34,767 nt of DNA. It comes from Callorhinchus milii. Its lineage: Eukaryota. Location: NCBI RefSeq assembly GCF_018977255.1, contig NW_024705554.1, positions 1-34,767 on the forward strand. The letters are read 5' to 3'. This document shows positions 9,379 to 21,318 of this stretch, in pieces. The number at the start of each line of letters is the position of its first letter. The stretch's first letter is position 1. The notes beneath the pieces are model-generated. The model worked only from the letters and a program-made list of their open reading frames with translations, searched no databases and was not told the DNA's origin. The translations under genes and the position numbers were made by a program.

Positions 9379-11770
9379 ATCGCCTCACCCATCTCCTCAC
9401 CCATCGCCTCACCCATCTCCTCACCCCTCACCTCACCCATCGCCTCACCATCGCCTCACCCATCACCTCACCATCGCCTCACCATCGCCTCACCCATCTC
9501 CTCACCCATCGCCTCACCATCGCCTCACCCATCTCCTCACCATCTCCTCACCATCGCCTCACCCATTGCCTCACCCATCTCCTCACCATCGCCTCACCCA
9601 TCGCCTCACCCATCTCCTCACCCATCGCCTCACCCATCGCCTCACCATCGCCTCACCATCGCCTCACCATCGCCTCACCCATCTCCTCACCATCGCCTCA
9701 CCCATCGCCTCACCCCTCGCCTCACCCATCTCCTCACCATCGCCTCACCCATCTCCTCACCCATCTCCTCACCCATCTCCTCACCCATCTCCTCACCATC
9801 GCCTCACCCATCTCCTCACCATCGCTTCACCCATCGCTTCACCCATCTCCTCACCATCGCTTCACCCATCTCCTCACCATCTCCTCACCATCGCCTCACC
9901 CATCTCCTCCCATCGCTTCACCCATCTCCTCACCATCTCCTCACCCCTCCCTCACCCATCTGCTCACCCATCTCACCATCGCCTCACCCATCTCCTCACC
10001 ATCGCCTCACCCATCTCCTCACCCATCTCCTCACCATCGCCTCACCCATCTCCTCACCATCGCCTCACCCATCTCCTCACCATCGCCTCACCCATCTCCC
10101 CCTCCTCACCATCGCCTCACCCATCTCCTCACCATCGCCTCACCCATCTCCTCACCATCGCCTCACCCATCTCCTCACCCATCCCTCACCATCGCCTCAC
10201 CCATCTCCTCACCATCTCCTCACCATCGCCTCACCCATCTCCTCACCATCGCCTCACCCATCGCCTCACCCCCTCTCCTCACCATCGCCTCACCATCGCC
10301 TCACCCATCTCCTCACCATCGCCTCACCCATCGCCTCACCCATCTCCTCACCCATCGCCTCCACCCATCGCCTCACCCATCTCCTCACCCATCCTCACCC
10401 TCTCCTCACCCATCCTCCCTCACCCATCTTCGCCTCACCCATCTGCCCTCACCCATCTCCTCACCCATCGCCTCACCCATCGCCTCTCACCCATCTCCTC
10501 ACCATCGCCTCACCCATCGCCTCACCCATCTCCTCACCATCGTCCTCACCATCGCCTCACCCATCCTCACCCATCTCCTCACCATCGCCTCACCCATCTC
10601 CACCATCGCCTCACCCATCTCCTCACCATCGCCTCACCCATCTCCTCACCCCCTCGCCTCACCCATCTCCTCACCCTCGCCTCACCCATCTCCTCACCCC
10701 CTCCCTCCCCATCGCCTCACCCATCTCCTCACCCTCGCCTCACCCATCTCCTCACCATCTCCTCACCCTCTCCTCACCCATCGCCTCACCCATCTCCTCA
10801 CCATCGCCTCACCCATCTCCTCACCCATCCCCCCGCCTCACCCCACTCCCTCACCCATCGCCTCACCCATCTCCTCACCCATCTCCTCACCATCGCCTCA
10901 CCCATCTCCTCACCATCTCTCACCATCGCCTCACCCTCACCATCTCCTCACCATCTCCTCACCATCTCCCTCACCATCTCCCTCACCATCTCCCTCACCA
11001 TCTCCCTCACCATCTCCCTCACCATTTCCCTCACCATCTCCTCACCATCTCCTCACCATCTCCTCACCCTCACCAACTCCTCACCATCTCCTCACCCATC
11101 GCCTCACCCATCGCCTCACCCATCTCCATCTCACCCATTCCTCACCATCGCCTCACCCATCTCCTCACCATCTCCTCACCCATCTCCTCACCATCGCCTC
11201 ACCCATCTCCTCACCATCGCCTCACCCATCTCCTCACCATCCTCACCATCGCCTCACCCATCTCCTCACCATCTCCTCACCATCGCCTCACCCATCTCCT
11301 CACCATCGCCTCACCCATCCTCACCATCTCCTCACCCATCTCCTCACCCATCTCCTCACCATCGCCTCACCCATCTCCTCACCATCCCTCACCCATCTCC
11401 TCACCATCGCCTCACCCATCTCCTCACCATCTCCTCACCCATCTCCTCACCCCTCGCCTCACCCATCTCACCATCCCTCACCCCTCCCACTCGCCCATCT
11501 CCTCACCATCGCCTCGCCCATCTCCTCACCATCGCCTCACCCATCTCCTCACCATCGCCTCACCATCTCCTCACCCATCTCCTCACCCATCGCCTCACCC
11601 ATCGCCTCACCCATCGCCTCACCCATCGCCTCACCCATCGCCTCACCCATCTCCTCACCCATCTCCTCACCCCTCGCCTCACCATCGCCTCACCCATCTC
11701 CTCACCCATCTCCTCACCCATCTCCTCACCCATCGCCGCCTCACCCATCTCCTCACCCATCGCCGCCTCA
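9379..11770. repeat. Degenerate 11/12-mer tandem repeat (CTCACCATCGC / CTCACCCATCTC)
   Basis: Continuous C-rich array; the SPHP/HRLT ORFs are translations of it. Confidence 0.95.
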
Positions 11771-12180
11771 CCTGTCCCGTGACCTCATCCTGCAACTCGC
11801 CTGGCACAGCAGGCACCGTGGTGACGTCACCATCGCTTAGCGACGAGGGGAGGGGGAGGGGTGAACGGGGGCAAGGGGGTGACGTCACCATCGCTTAGCG
11901 ACGAGGGGAGGGGTGAAGGGGTGAAGGGGGCAAGGGGGTGACGTCACCATCGCTTAGTGACGAGGGGAGGGGAGGGGTGAAGGGGGGCAAGGGGGTGACG
12001 TCACACGTCTCTAAAAGCGCGGGAAACCCCCCCCCCAGCGATGGCGGCTGTCTCCAAGTCGTCCTCGTGGTCGCCACCGCCCGCGTGGAGGAGGCCCAAG
12101 CGCCGCCTCGGAGATGTCGCCCTCGGGCACCACGGGGGCCACGCGGACCGCCATCGACATCAGTAAGGTTGGAATCTGTG
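11770..12180 (+). promoter_or_regulatory. CpG-rich promoter-like module, copy 1 (4 CRE, E2F site, short ATG ORF with donor)
   Basis: TGACGTCA at 11822, 11880, 11939, 11996; GCGCGGGAAA at 12017-12026; GCGATGGCGG at 12038-12047; CA|gtaagg at 12162/12163. Confidence 0.4.
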
Positions 12181-13390
12181 CATCTCGTTCCTCACCACCC
12201 TCACAACCTCATCAACCTCTCCCCATCACCTCACCTCGTCTCCCTCCTCACCCATCACCTCACCTTGTCTGCCTTCTCACCCATCACCTCACCTTGTCTG
12301 CCTTCTCACCCATCACCTCACCTTGTCTGCCTTCTCACCCATCTCCTCACCATCGCCTCACCCATCTCCTCACCATCTCCTCACCCATCTCCTCACCATC
12401 GCCTCACCCATCTCCTCACCATCGCCTCACCCATCTCCTCACCATCGCCTCACCCATCTCCTCACCATCGCCTCACCCATCTCCTCACCATCGCCTCACC
12501 CATCTCCTCACCATCGCCTCACCCATCTCCTCACCCCTCGCCTCACCCATCTCCTCACCATCTCACCATCGCCTCACCCATCTCCTCACCATCTCCTCAC
12601 CCATCGCCTCACCCATCTCCTCACCATCTCCTCACCCATCTCCTCACCCCTCGCCTCACCCATCTCCTCACCATCGCCTCACCATCTCCTCACCATCTCC
12701 TCACCATCGCCTCACCCATCTCCTCACCATCGCCTCACCCATCTCCTCACCCATCTCCTCACCCATCGCCTCACCCATCTCCTCACCATCGCCTCACCCA
12801 TCTCCTCACCATCGCCTCACCCATCTCCTCACCATCGCCTCACCCATCTCCTCACCATCGCCTCACCATCTCCCATCGCCTCACCCATCTCCTCACCATC
12901 GCCTCACCCATCTCCTCACCATCGCCTCACCCATCTCCTCACCATCGCCTCACCCATCTCCTCACCATCGCCTCACCCATCTCCTCACCATCGCCTCACC
13001 CATCTCCTCACCATCTCCCCATCCCCCTCCCTCACCCCATCTCCTCACCCATCTCCTCACCATCTCCTCACCCATCTCCTCACCCCTCGCCTCACCCATC
13101 TCCTCACCATCGCCTCACCCATCTCCTCACCATCGCCTCACCCATCTCCTCACCATCTCCTCACCCCTCACCCATCGCCTCACCCATCTCCTCACCCACC
13201 TCCTCACCCATCTCCTCACTCACCTCCTCACTCATCTCCTCACCATCGCCTCACCCATCGCCTCGCCCATCTCCTCACCCATCTCCTCACCCCTCGCCTC
13301 ACCATCGCCTCACCCATCTCCTCACCCATCTCCTCACCCATCTTCTCACCCATCGCCGCCTCATCCATCTCCTCACCCATCGCCGCCTCA
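12180..13390. repeat. Second block of the CTCACC(C)ATC(G/T)C tandem repeat
   Basis: Same units as 9379-11770. Confidence 0.95.
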
Positions 13391-13750
13391 CCTGTCCCGT
13401 GACCTCATCCTGCAACTCGCCTGGCACAGCAGGCACCGTGGTGACGTCACCATCGCTTAGCGACGACGGGAGGGGGAGGGGTGAAGGGGGGCAAGGGGGT
13501 GACGTCACCATCGCTTAGCGACGAGGGGAGGGGGAGGGGTGAAGGGGAAGGGGGGCAAGGGGGTGACGTCACACGTCTCTAAAAGCGCGGGAAACCCCCC
13601 CCCCCAGCGATGGCGGCTGTCTCCGAGTCGTCCTCGTGGTCGCCACCGCCCGCGTGGAGGAGGCCCAAGCGCCGCCTCGGAGATGTCGCCCTCGGGCACC
13701 ACGGGGGCCACGCGGACCGCCATCGACATCAGTAAGGTTGGAATCTGTGC
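13390..13750 (+). promoter_or_regulatory. CpG-rich promoter-like module, copy 2 (3 CRE, E2F site)
   Basis: Near-identical to 11770-12180, starting 1620 nt downstream, one CRE unit fewer; ATG at 13610, donor at 13732. Confidence 0.4.
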
Positions 13751-14258
13751 ATCTCGTTCCTCACCACCCTCACAACCTCATCAACCTCTCCCCATCACCT
13801 CACCTCGTCTCCCTCCTCACCCATCGCCTCACCTCGTCTGCCTTCTCACCCATCACCTCACCTGCCTCCTCACCCATCACCTCATCTCGTCTCTCCTCAC
13901 CCATCACCTCACCTCGTCCTCCTCACCCATCACCTCACCCACCCACTTACCCTGCAACCCACTTAATCTCTAACACACTCACTCACCCACTCACCGACTC
14001 CCTCAACCACTGACCCACTGACTCACTCACAGACCCACCCAGTTAATCACCCACTCTATGTGTAGTGCTCACCTCTTCTGGTATTGTGAGATATTCTTCC
14101 TCCCAGCAGCTTCTTCATGACGACGCCCGTGGGGTGGGCGAGCCTCTCAACGAGCCAGGCGAGAGGGACCCCAGCCTGGTCATGTTGGGTTCATCGTGCA
14201 GTGGGGCACACGGTCCACTCCAGCTCCATGTATGGCTTGCCCTGGTACAGATTTCAGA

Positions 14259-14440
14259 TACCTCGTCTGGTATACAGGCCGTGGGATTGATCCCGACCCT
14301 GCCACCTGTGTATTTGGAGTTTGCATGTTCTCTCTGTGGTGGCGTGGATTGTTCTCTGGGTACTCCAGTTTTTACCTCCACATAAAAAAAAATGTGTTTA
14401 AAGAGTGCTATACATTGCTACACATTTCCACTTGAGAAGC
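14259..14440 (+). mobile_element. V-SINE-like element, 5'-truncated
   Basis: TTGGAGTTTGCATGTTCTCTC.GTG...GTGGAT...CTCTGGGTACTCCAGTTT..CCTCCACA is the V-domain core of vertebrate V-SINEs. Confidence 0.7.
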
Positions 14441-14784
14441 CATTTTCACTTGTTTAATACTTTATTCTAAACAGCCACTCTCAGTTTAAGCAACTATTCT
14501 ACTTATTCGCGTATTGATATCACCTGAGGTGGCACTAAAGTTGAAGTGCGTGCAGCCCAGCAATTGCTTCCTCAATGCTGACAGATGGACCTCCACTCGA
14601 GGAGCTCGAGAAAGCCCCTCGAGATAGTTTTGGCCTCCTGTTCCCTGCTGGCCAGACATTGTATAGGAGGTGGGATTACCCACACTGTATCCCACTACAC
14701 ACAAATCGCCCATCGACTGCGCTGTTCCCATTTATACTGCTGAGTGGACAGAGGGAGGGGGAATGAAAAAATATATATTTTAGC

Positions 14785-15068
14785 AGGTAAGGCTCACTGA
14801 GCTATGCAGCTCTTTTTTCAGAAGCAACTTGGCCACATGATAGCTCAACGAAGTGGCTAATTACGTAAAAATGCATAGCAACCAAATACTCCAAACGTGT
14901 GTTGATTATAAATGTGGAGGGAAAAACAGGAGGACCCGGAGAAAAATCCAGGTGACCACAGGGATAAGATGCAAACTCCAAATATACAGACGGCAGGGTC
15001 GGGATCGATTCCATGACCTCCTGTATACTAGGCAAGGTAGTTAACATCTCACCACCGTGGTGCCCCAT
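14785..15068 (-). mobile_element. V-SINE-like element
   Basis: Minus strand: decayed tRNA-like head (GGGGCACCACGGTGG...GGAATCGATCCC) then TTGGAGTTTGCATC...CTCCGGGTCCTCCTGTTTTTCCCTCCACA; same family as 14259-14440 and 15359-15648. Confidence 0.7.
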
Positions 15069-15358
15069 TCTCTGACTCACTCACCCACCCACCCACTCAC
15101 GCACTAACTTACCCACTCAACCTCCTACACTAACTTACCCACCCACCCACCAGCCACTCACAACAAACATCCACCCATTCACCTACTGACTCACACCACT
15201 TACTCAAATACCCATCCACTCACACAATGACCCAGCCACTGACTCAGCCACCCACCAACTCACCCACCCAACCCCCATTCAACCACCCAACCACCAACCC
15301 ACCCATTCACTCACTCATCCACTCACCCACAAAACAAAAACTAAACTGTTTTTATTTT

Positions 15359-15648
15359 ACCAGGTAAGGCCTACAGGGCTATATAGATCTTTTTCAAAAG
15401 TGACCTTGTTACAAATGACAGGTTAACGAAGTGGCTTATCACATACACATGCATTGCAGCCAAATCCTCTGAATGCAAGTTTATTCTCAATGCAGAGGGA
15501 AAACTCCGTGGACCTGGAGAAAAATCCACGCGACCACGAGGAGAACAAGCACAATCAAATATACTTGCGACAGGGTCGGGATCGAATCGACAACCTCCTG
15601 TATACACTAGGTGAGGAAGTTAACACCTCACCCCCGTGGCACCCCATT
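15359..15648 (-). mobile_element. V-SINE-like element
   Basis: Colinear with 14785-15068 from CAGGTAAGGC to CACCCCATT. Confidence 0.7.
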
Positions 15649-15649
15649 T

Positions 15650-17025
15650 GGTGTGTGTGTCGGTGTGTGTAAGTGTCTAGAGGTGTGTGTGTGTAAGGGT
15701 GTGTAAGTGTGTAGAGGTGTGTGTGTCGGTGTGTGTAAGTGTCTAGAGGTGTGTGTGTAGGTGTTTGTGAGTGTATAGAGGTGTGTGTGTAGGTGTGTTT
15801 GAGTGTATAGAGGTGTGTGTAGGTGTGTTTAGGTGTATAAGGTGTGTGTAGGGGTGTGTAAGTGTCTAGAGGTGTATGTAGGTGTGTGTAAGCGTATAGA
15901 GGTGTGTGTGTAGGTGTGTGTAAGTATATAAGTGTATAGAGATGTGTGTGTAGGTGTGTGTAAGTGTATAGAGGTGTGTGTGTAGGTGTGTGTAAGTGTA
16001 TAGAGGTGTGTGTGAGTGTATAGAGGTGTGTGTGTGTTAGTGTGTGTAAGTGTCTAGAGGTGTGTGAGTAGGTGTGTAAGTGTCTAAAGGTGTGTGTGTA
16101 AGTATATAGAGGGGTGTGTGTGTAGGTGTGTGTAAGTGTATAGAGGTGTGTGTGTGTGTGAGTGTATAGAGGTGTGTAGGTGTGTATAAATATATAGAGG
16201 GGTGTGTGTGAGTGTCTAGAGGTGTGTGTGTAGGTGTGTGTAAGTATATAGAGGTGTGTGTGTAAGGGTGTGTAAGTGTGTGGAGGTGTGTGTGTCGGTG
16301 GTGTGTGTACGTGTCTAGAGGTGTGTAGTGGGGAGCGGTAGTGTAGCGGTTAGCGCGCTGCGCTAAGAACCTGGCGACCCGGGTTCGATTCCCGCTCACG
16401 GCTAACACCAGTGACGATTATCTGAACCGGTCCTGGGCCTCCCTTAGGTCGACTCAGCCTTAAATGAGTACCTGGTGCGGTGTGTAAACATCGCCACTGG
16501 GGAGACAAAGGCGGTCGGGCGTGGTGCTGGCCACCCACCCTCTCGTGTACCGTTCCGGCCTTCATAGGTGCTCGCTAACAGCACTTGCCCCTACAGTCTG
16601 TTAAGGCTATACGGGGGATCTTTGTCTTTGTGTGTAGGTGTGTGCGAGTGTATAGAGGTGTGTTGTGTGTAGGTGTGTGTGAGTGTATAGAGGTGTGTGT
16701 AAGGGTTTGTAAGTGTGTAGAGGTGTGTGTAGGTGTGTGTAAGTGTATAGAGGTGTGTGTAGGTGTGTGTCAGTGTATAGAGGTGTGTGTAGGTGTGTGT
16801 AAGTGTATAGAGGTGTGTGTAGGTGTGTGTAGGTGTATAGAGATGTGTGTGTAAGTGTCTAGAGGTGTGTGTAGGTGTGTGTGAGCGTATAGAGGTGTGT
16901 TGTGTGTAGGTGTGTGTAAGTGTATAGAGGTGTGTGTGTAGGTGTGTGGTGTAAGTGTCTAGAGGTGTGTGTAGATGTTTGTGAGTGTATAGAGGTGTGT
17001 GTAGGTGTGTATAAATATATAGAGG
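15650..17025. repeat. ~30-bp TG-rich minisatellite (GTGTATAGAGGTGTGTGTAGGTGTGTGTAA)
   Basis: Direct tandem copies, interrupted by the SINE at 16330-16630. Confidence 0.9.
16330..16630 (+). mobile_element. Full-length tRNA-derived SINE
   Basis: A box TAGTGTAGCGG (16339-16349), B box GGTTCGATTCC (16382-16392), non-tRNA body with GTCGACTCAGCC...AAATGAGTACC (a motif seen in conserved SINE cores), TCTTTG-repeat tail. Confidence 0.85.
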
Positions 17026-18500
17026 TGTCTCTCTCCCCGTGTCTCTCTCCCCATGTCTCTCTCTCTCCCCGTGTCTCTCTCTCCTCGTGTCTCTCTCCCC
17101 GTGTCTCTCTCCCCGTGTCTCTCCCCGTGTCTCTCTCCCCGTGTCTCTCTCCCCGTGTCTCTCTCCCCGTGTCTCTCCCCGTGTCTCCCCGTGTCTCCCC
17201 GTGTCTCTCTCTCTCCCCGTGTCTCTCTCTCTCCCCGTGTCTCCCCGTGTCTCTCTGTCTCTCTCCCCGTCTCTCCCCGTGTCTCTCTCCCCGTGTCTCC
17301 CCGTGTCTCCCCGTGTCTCTCCGTCTTCCCGTGTCTCCCCGTGTCTCTCTCCCCGTGTCTCCCCGTGTCTCCCCGTGTCTCTCTCTCTCCCCGTGTCTCT
17401 CTCCCCGTGTGTCTCTCTCCCCGTGTCTCTCTCCCGTGTGTCTCTCTCCCCGTGTCTCTCTCCCCGTGTGTCTCTCTCCCCGTGTCTCTCTCTCTCCCCG
17501 TGTCTCTCTCCCCGTGTGTCTCTCTCCCCGTGTCTCTCTCCCCGTGTGTCTCTCTCCCCGTGTCTCTCTCCCCGTGTCTCTCTCCCCCTCTCCCCGTGTG
17601 TCTCTCTCCCCGTGTCTCTCTCCCCGTGTCTCTCTCCCCGTGTGTCTCTCTCCCCGTGTCTCTCTCCCCGTGTCTCTCTCTCCCTGTGTCTCTCTCCCTG
17701 TGTCTCTCTCCCTGTGTCTCTCTCCCTGTGTCTCTCTCCCCCTCTCCCTGTGTCTCTCTCCCCGTGTCTCTCTCCCCCTCTCCCTGTGTCTCTCTCCCCC
17801 TCTCCCTGTGTCTCTCTCCCCGTGTCTCTCTCTCCCCGTGTCTCTCTCCCGTGTGTCTCTCTCCCGTGTCTCTCTCCCCGTGTCTCTCTCTCCCGTGTCT
17901 CTCTCCCCGTGTGTCTCTCTCCCCGTGTCTCTCTCCCCGTGTCTCTCCCCGTGTCTCTCTCCCTCTCTCCCTGTGTCTCTCTCCCCCTCTCCCTGTGTCT
18001 CTCTCCCTGTGTCTCTCTCCCCCTCTCCCTGTGTCTCTCTCCCTGTGTCTCTCTCCCTGTGTCTCTCTCCCTGTGTCTCTCTCCCCTGTCTCTCTCCCCG
18101 TGTCTCTCTCTCCCCGTGTCTCTCTCCCGTGTGTCTCTCTCCCGTGTCTCTCTCCCCGTGTCTCTCTCCCCGTGTCTCTCTCTCCCCGTGTCTCTCTCCC
18201 CCTCTCCCTGTGTCTCTCTCCCCCTCTCCCTGTGTCTCTCTCCCCCTCTCCCCGTGTCTCTCTCCCCCTCTCCCCGTGTCTCTCTCCCTGTGTCTCTCTC
18301 CCCGTGTCTCTCCCCGTGTCTCTCTCCCCGTGTCTCTCTCCCCGTGTGTCTCTCTCTCCTGTGTCTCTCCCCGTGTGTCTCTCTCCCCGTGTCTCTCCCC
18401 CCGTGTGTCTCTCTCCCCGTGTCTCTCTCCCCGTGTGTCTCTCTCCCCGTGTCTCTCTCCCCGTGTCTCTCTCCCCGTGTCTCTCTTTTCCCGTGTCTCT
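17026..18500. repeat. Pyrimidine-rich tandem repeat (CCCCGTGTCTCTCT)n
   Basis: 10-18-nt units running directly into the acceptor at 18509. Confidence 0.95.
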
Positions 18501-18509
18501 CCCGTGCAG

Positions 18510-18659
18510 CTGCTCCGCTCTCTGTGTGGGCCACGGGAGACACGGTGTCCGAGGGAGACACGGCCACGCTACGCTGCACCGTGTCAGACAATCCGGACTC
18601 AGACCCAATTCAGTGGAGCAACCCTCACGGTCACACACTCTACTTCGAGAGCGTCAAGG
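18510..18659 (+). CDS. CADM/nectin-like receptor, V-set Ig domain first half
   Basis: gcag|CT...AAG G|gtgaga, phase 1-1; APLSVWATGDTVSEGDTATLRCTVSDNPDSDPIQWSNPHGHTLYFESVK parallels CADM3-type 'TV..G.T..L.C.V....DS..QWSNP..QTLYF'. Confidence 0.85.
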
Positions 18660-18909
18660 GTGAGAGCAAACACCATCTCTGTCTGTCTCTGTCTCTCTCT
18701 GTCTGTCTCTCTCTCTCTGTCTCTCTGTCTCTCTCTCTGTCTCTCTCTCTCTCTCTCTGTGTCTCCCTGTCTCCCCGTGTCTCAGCCCACATGGACCCGC
18801 GTGTCTCTCTGTCTGTCTGTCTCTGTGTCTCTCTCTCTGTGTCTCTCTGTCTGTGTCTCTCTGTGTCTCTCTCTCTGTGTCTCTCTGTCTCTGTGTCTCC
18901 GTGTCTCAG

Positions 18910-19062
18910 CCCTCATGGACCCGCGTGTCTCTCTGCTGCACTGGAGCTCCACCAGGATGGACATCACCATCTCGCGCGTCACCTCGCGGGACCAGGGGCT
19001 CTACAGCTGCTCCCTCTTCAGCCTGGGGACCCCCACTGCGTACGCGTCGCTCACCGTCAGAG
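18910..19062 (+). CDS. CADM/nectin-like receptor, V-set Ig domain second half
   Basis: ctcag|CC...AGA G|gtgagc, phase 1-1; ALMDPRVSLLHWSSTRMDITISRVTSRDQGLYSCSLFSLGTPTAYASLTVR with DxGxYxC motif, CADM-like 'AL.D.R..L'. Confidence 0.85.
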
Positions 19063-19690
19063 GTGAGCGATGCTCACCTCGCCACTCTTGTATCCGTGTC
19101 GTTTTCGACAATGTACACTAAGAATGACTCTGATCATTTTTTAGAATAAGTTTGATCCGGATGCAGCGCGGGGGCTTGGACGGGGGTCACCCCTCACACC
19201 CCGCTGAACCCTTGCCTCACCACACACCGAGTCTCCCCGTGTCTCTCTCTCTCTCACCGTGTCTCTGTATTTCACCATGTCTCCCCGTGTCTCACCGTGT
19301 CTCACCGTGTCTCTCTCTCTCACCGTGTCTCCCCGTGCTCCCCATGTCTCCCCGTGTCTCTCTGTCTCACCGTGTCTCCCCGTGTCTCCCCGTGTCTCTC
19401 TCACCGTGTCTCTGTATCTCACCATGTCTCACCGTGTCTCTCTGTGTCTCTCCGTGTCTCTCCGTGTCTCCCCGTGTCTCTCCGTGTCTCTCCGTGTCTC
19501 CCCGTGTCTCCCCGTGTCTCTCTCACCGTGTCTCTGTATCTCACCATGTCTCACCATGTCTCACCGTGTCTCACCATGTCTCTACGTCTTCCCATGTCTC
19601 ACCGTGTCTGTTTATCTCACCCCGTGTCTAACCGTGTCTCCCCGTGTCTCTCTCTCACATCTCTAACCGTGTCTCCCTGTGTCTGTGTAG

Positions 19691-19900
19691 ACAGCACCAC
19701 CACCATCACCGTTTCCAAAACCACCATCACCGCCGCTGCCGCTGATGATGATGATGATGGTGTGTGGGATGACTCTGTGCTGGGTGGTGGTGCTGGTGTG
19801 GGTACTGGGTCTCTGCTGGTTGTTGCCATAGTCCCGCCTCTCATCTTCTCCCTCGTCTGCCTCATTGTCCTGGCGAGATCATTCAAAGGGAGACGCAGGA
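19691..19900 (+). CDS. CADM-like receptor stalk + transmembrane exon
   Basis: gtgtag|AC acceptor in phase; DSTTTITVSKTTITAAAADDDDDG...LLVVAIVPPLIFSLVCLIVLARSFKG resembles CADM 'VVFAMLCLLIILGRYF.RHKG'. Donor either A|gtggga at 19900 or a defective G|g(t)gagac at 19888. Confidence 0.7.
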
Positions 19901-19904
19901 GTGG

Positions 19905-21170
19905 GACACACGGAGACACACGTGGACTCACAGACACGCAGAGACACACAGAGATTCACGGAGACACACGGAGACACACAGAGATTCACGGAGACACACG
20001 GAGACTCACGGAAACACACGGAGACACGCAGAGACACACAGAGATTCACGGAGACACACGGAGACACACAGAAACTCACGGAGACACACAGAGACACACA
20101 GAGATTCACGGAGACACACGGAGACTCACGGAAACACACAAGAGACACAGACACAGAGACAACAACAACCGCCATTCGCCACTAGGTGGCGGTGACATCA
20201 CCACGGCGCTTGTGCCAGGCCATGTGCAGGTTGAGGCCACGTGAAGTGTCGAGCGCCCGCTGGCAGGAGGTCACAGGGCAGACCCAGCAGGTGCCACGGG
20301 TCGACTGACTGAGATGACTGGCTGATACACCATCTGTGCCCCCTACTGTGCCAACTTGCTGTGCTTTAGCCACCCGGCGCTCCGCTCGTTGTTGTGAGCG
20401 TCGCTCCTCCGCCCTCCGTTGTTGTTGGAGGGCGACTGCCTCCAACACGGAGACACACACAGAGACACACACAGAGACACACACGGAGACACACACACTG
20501 AGACACACACAGGACACACACGAGACACACACGGAGACACCACAGAGACCACACACGGAGACACACACGGAGACACACACACTGAGACACACACAGAGAC
20601 ACACACAGAGACACACACGCTGAGACACACACGGAGACACACACACTGAGACACGTGAGACACACGGAGACACATGGAGACACACACACAGAGACTCATG
20701 GAGACACACGGAGACACACGGAGACACACACAGAGACACACACAGAGACACACACGGAGACACACACACTGAGACACGTGGAGACACACGGAGACACATG
20801 GAGACACACACACAGAGACTCATGGAGACACATGGAGACACACGGAGACACACACAGAGACACACACGGAGACACACACGGAGACACATGGAGACACACA
20901 CAGAGACACACACATAGAGACATACACACAGAGACACAGAGACTCACGAAGACACACAGACACAGAAATACAGAGACACACAGAGACACACACACAGAGA
21001 CACACGGAGACACACACACAGAAATACGGAGACACACAAAGATACACAGAGACACACAGACACAGACACTTACAGAGACTCACAGACACTCACGGAGACA
21101 CACGGAGACACATGGAGATAGACAGAGACACCAAGAGACACACATAGACACACGGAGACACGGTGAGACG
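19905..21170. repeat. (GAGACACAC)n-type simple repeat in last intron
   Basis: Degenerate ~10-mer repeats flanking the RTE fragment. Confidence 0.85.
20160..20446 (-). mobile_element. RTE LINE, severely 5'-truncated 3' end
   Basis: Matches 21740-22028 (C2H2-like CPVTSC...HMAWH and (CAA)n tail) with several substitutions. Confidence 0.9.
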
Positions 21171-21318
21171 TAGACATTCAGGTAAGAGACGCTGGGAGTT
21201 GGTGAGTGCCAACTGCCTGGAATCTACACACTGCCTTGCTCTGTGCTGTGTTGGTAATTGTAGTGTCTCTCTCTGTCTCTCTGTCTCTGTGCCTCCCTTC
21301 CTCTCTCTCCCCGTGTAG

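Noticed and set aside
12114..12162. Signal-peptide exon for the CADM-like gene
   Set aside because: Phase-1 reading MSPSGTTGATRTAIDI is not hydrophobic; no convincing signal exon was found.
9566..13518. Long SPHP/HRLTH ORFs (up to 738 aa)
   Set aside because: Open in several frames because the C-rich tandem repeat lacks stop codons; no domain content.
16330..16402. Functional tRNA gene
   Set aside because: Has A and B boxes but no paired acceptor stem or T-run terminator and continues into a SINE body.
16591..19121. ERHG/VSLSP ORFs of 500-730 aa
   Set aside because: Translations of (CCCCGTGTCTCTCT)n; only the embedded Ig exons are credible.
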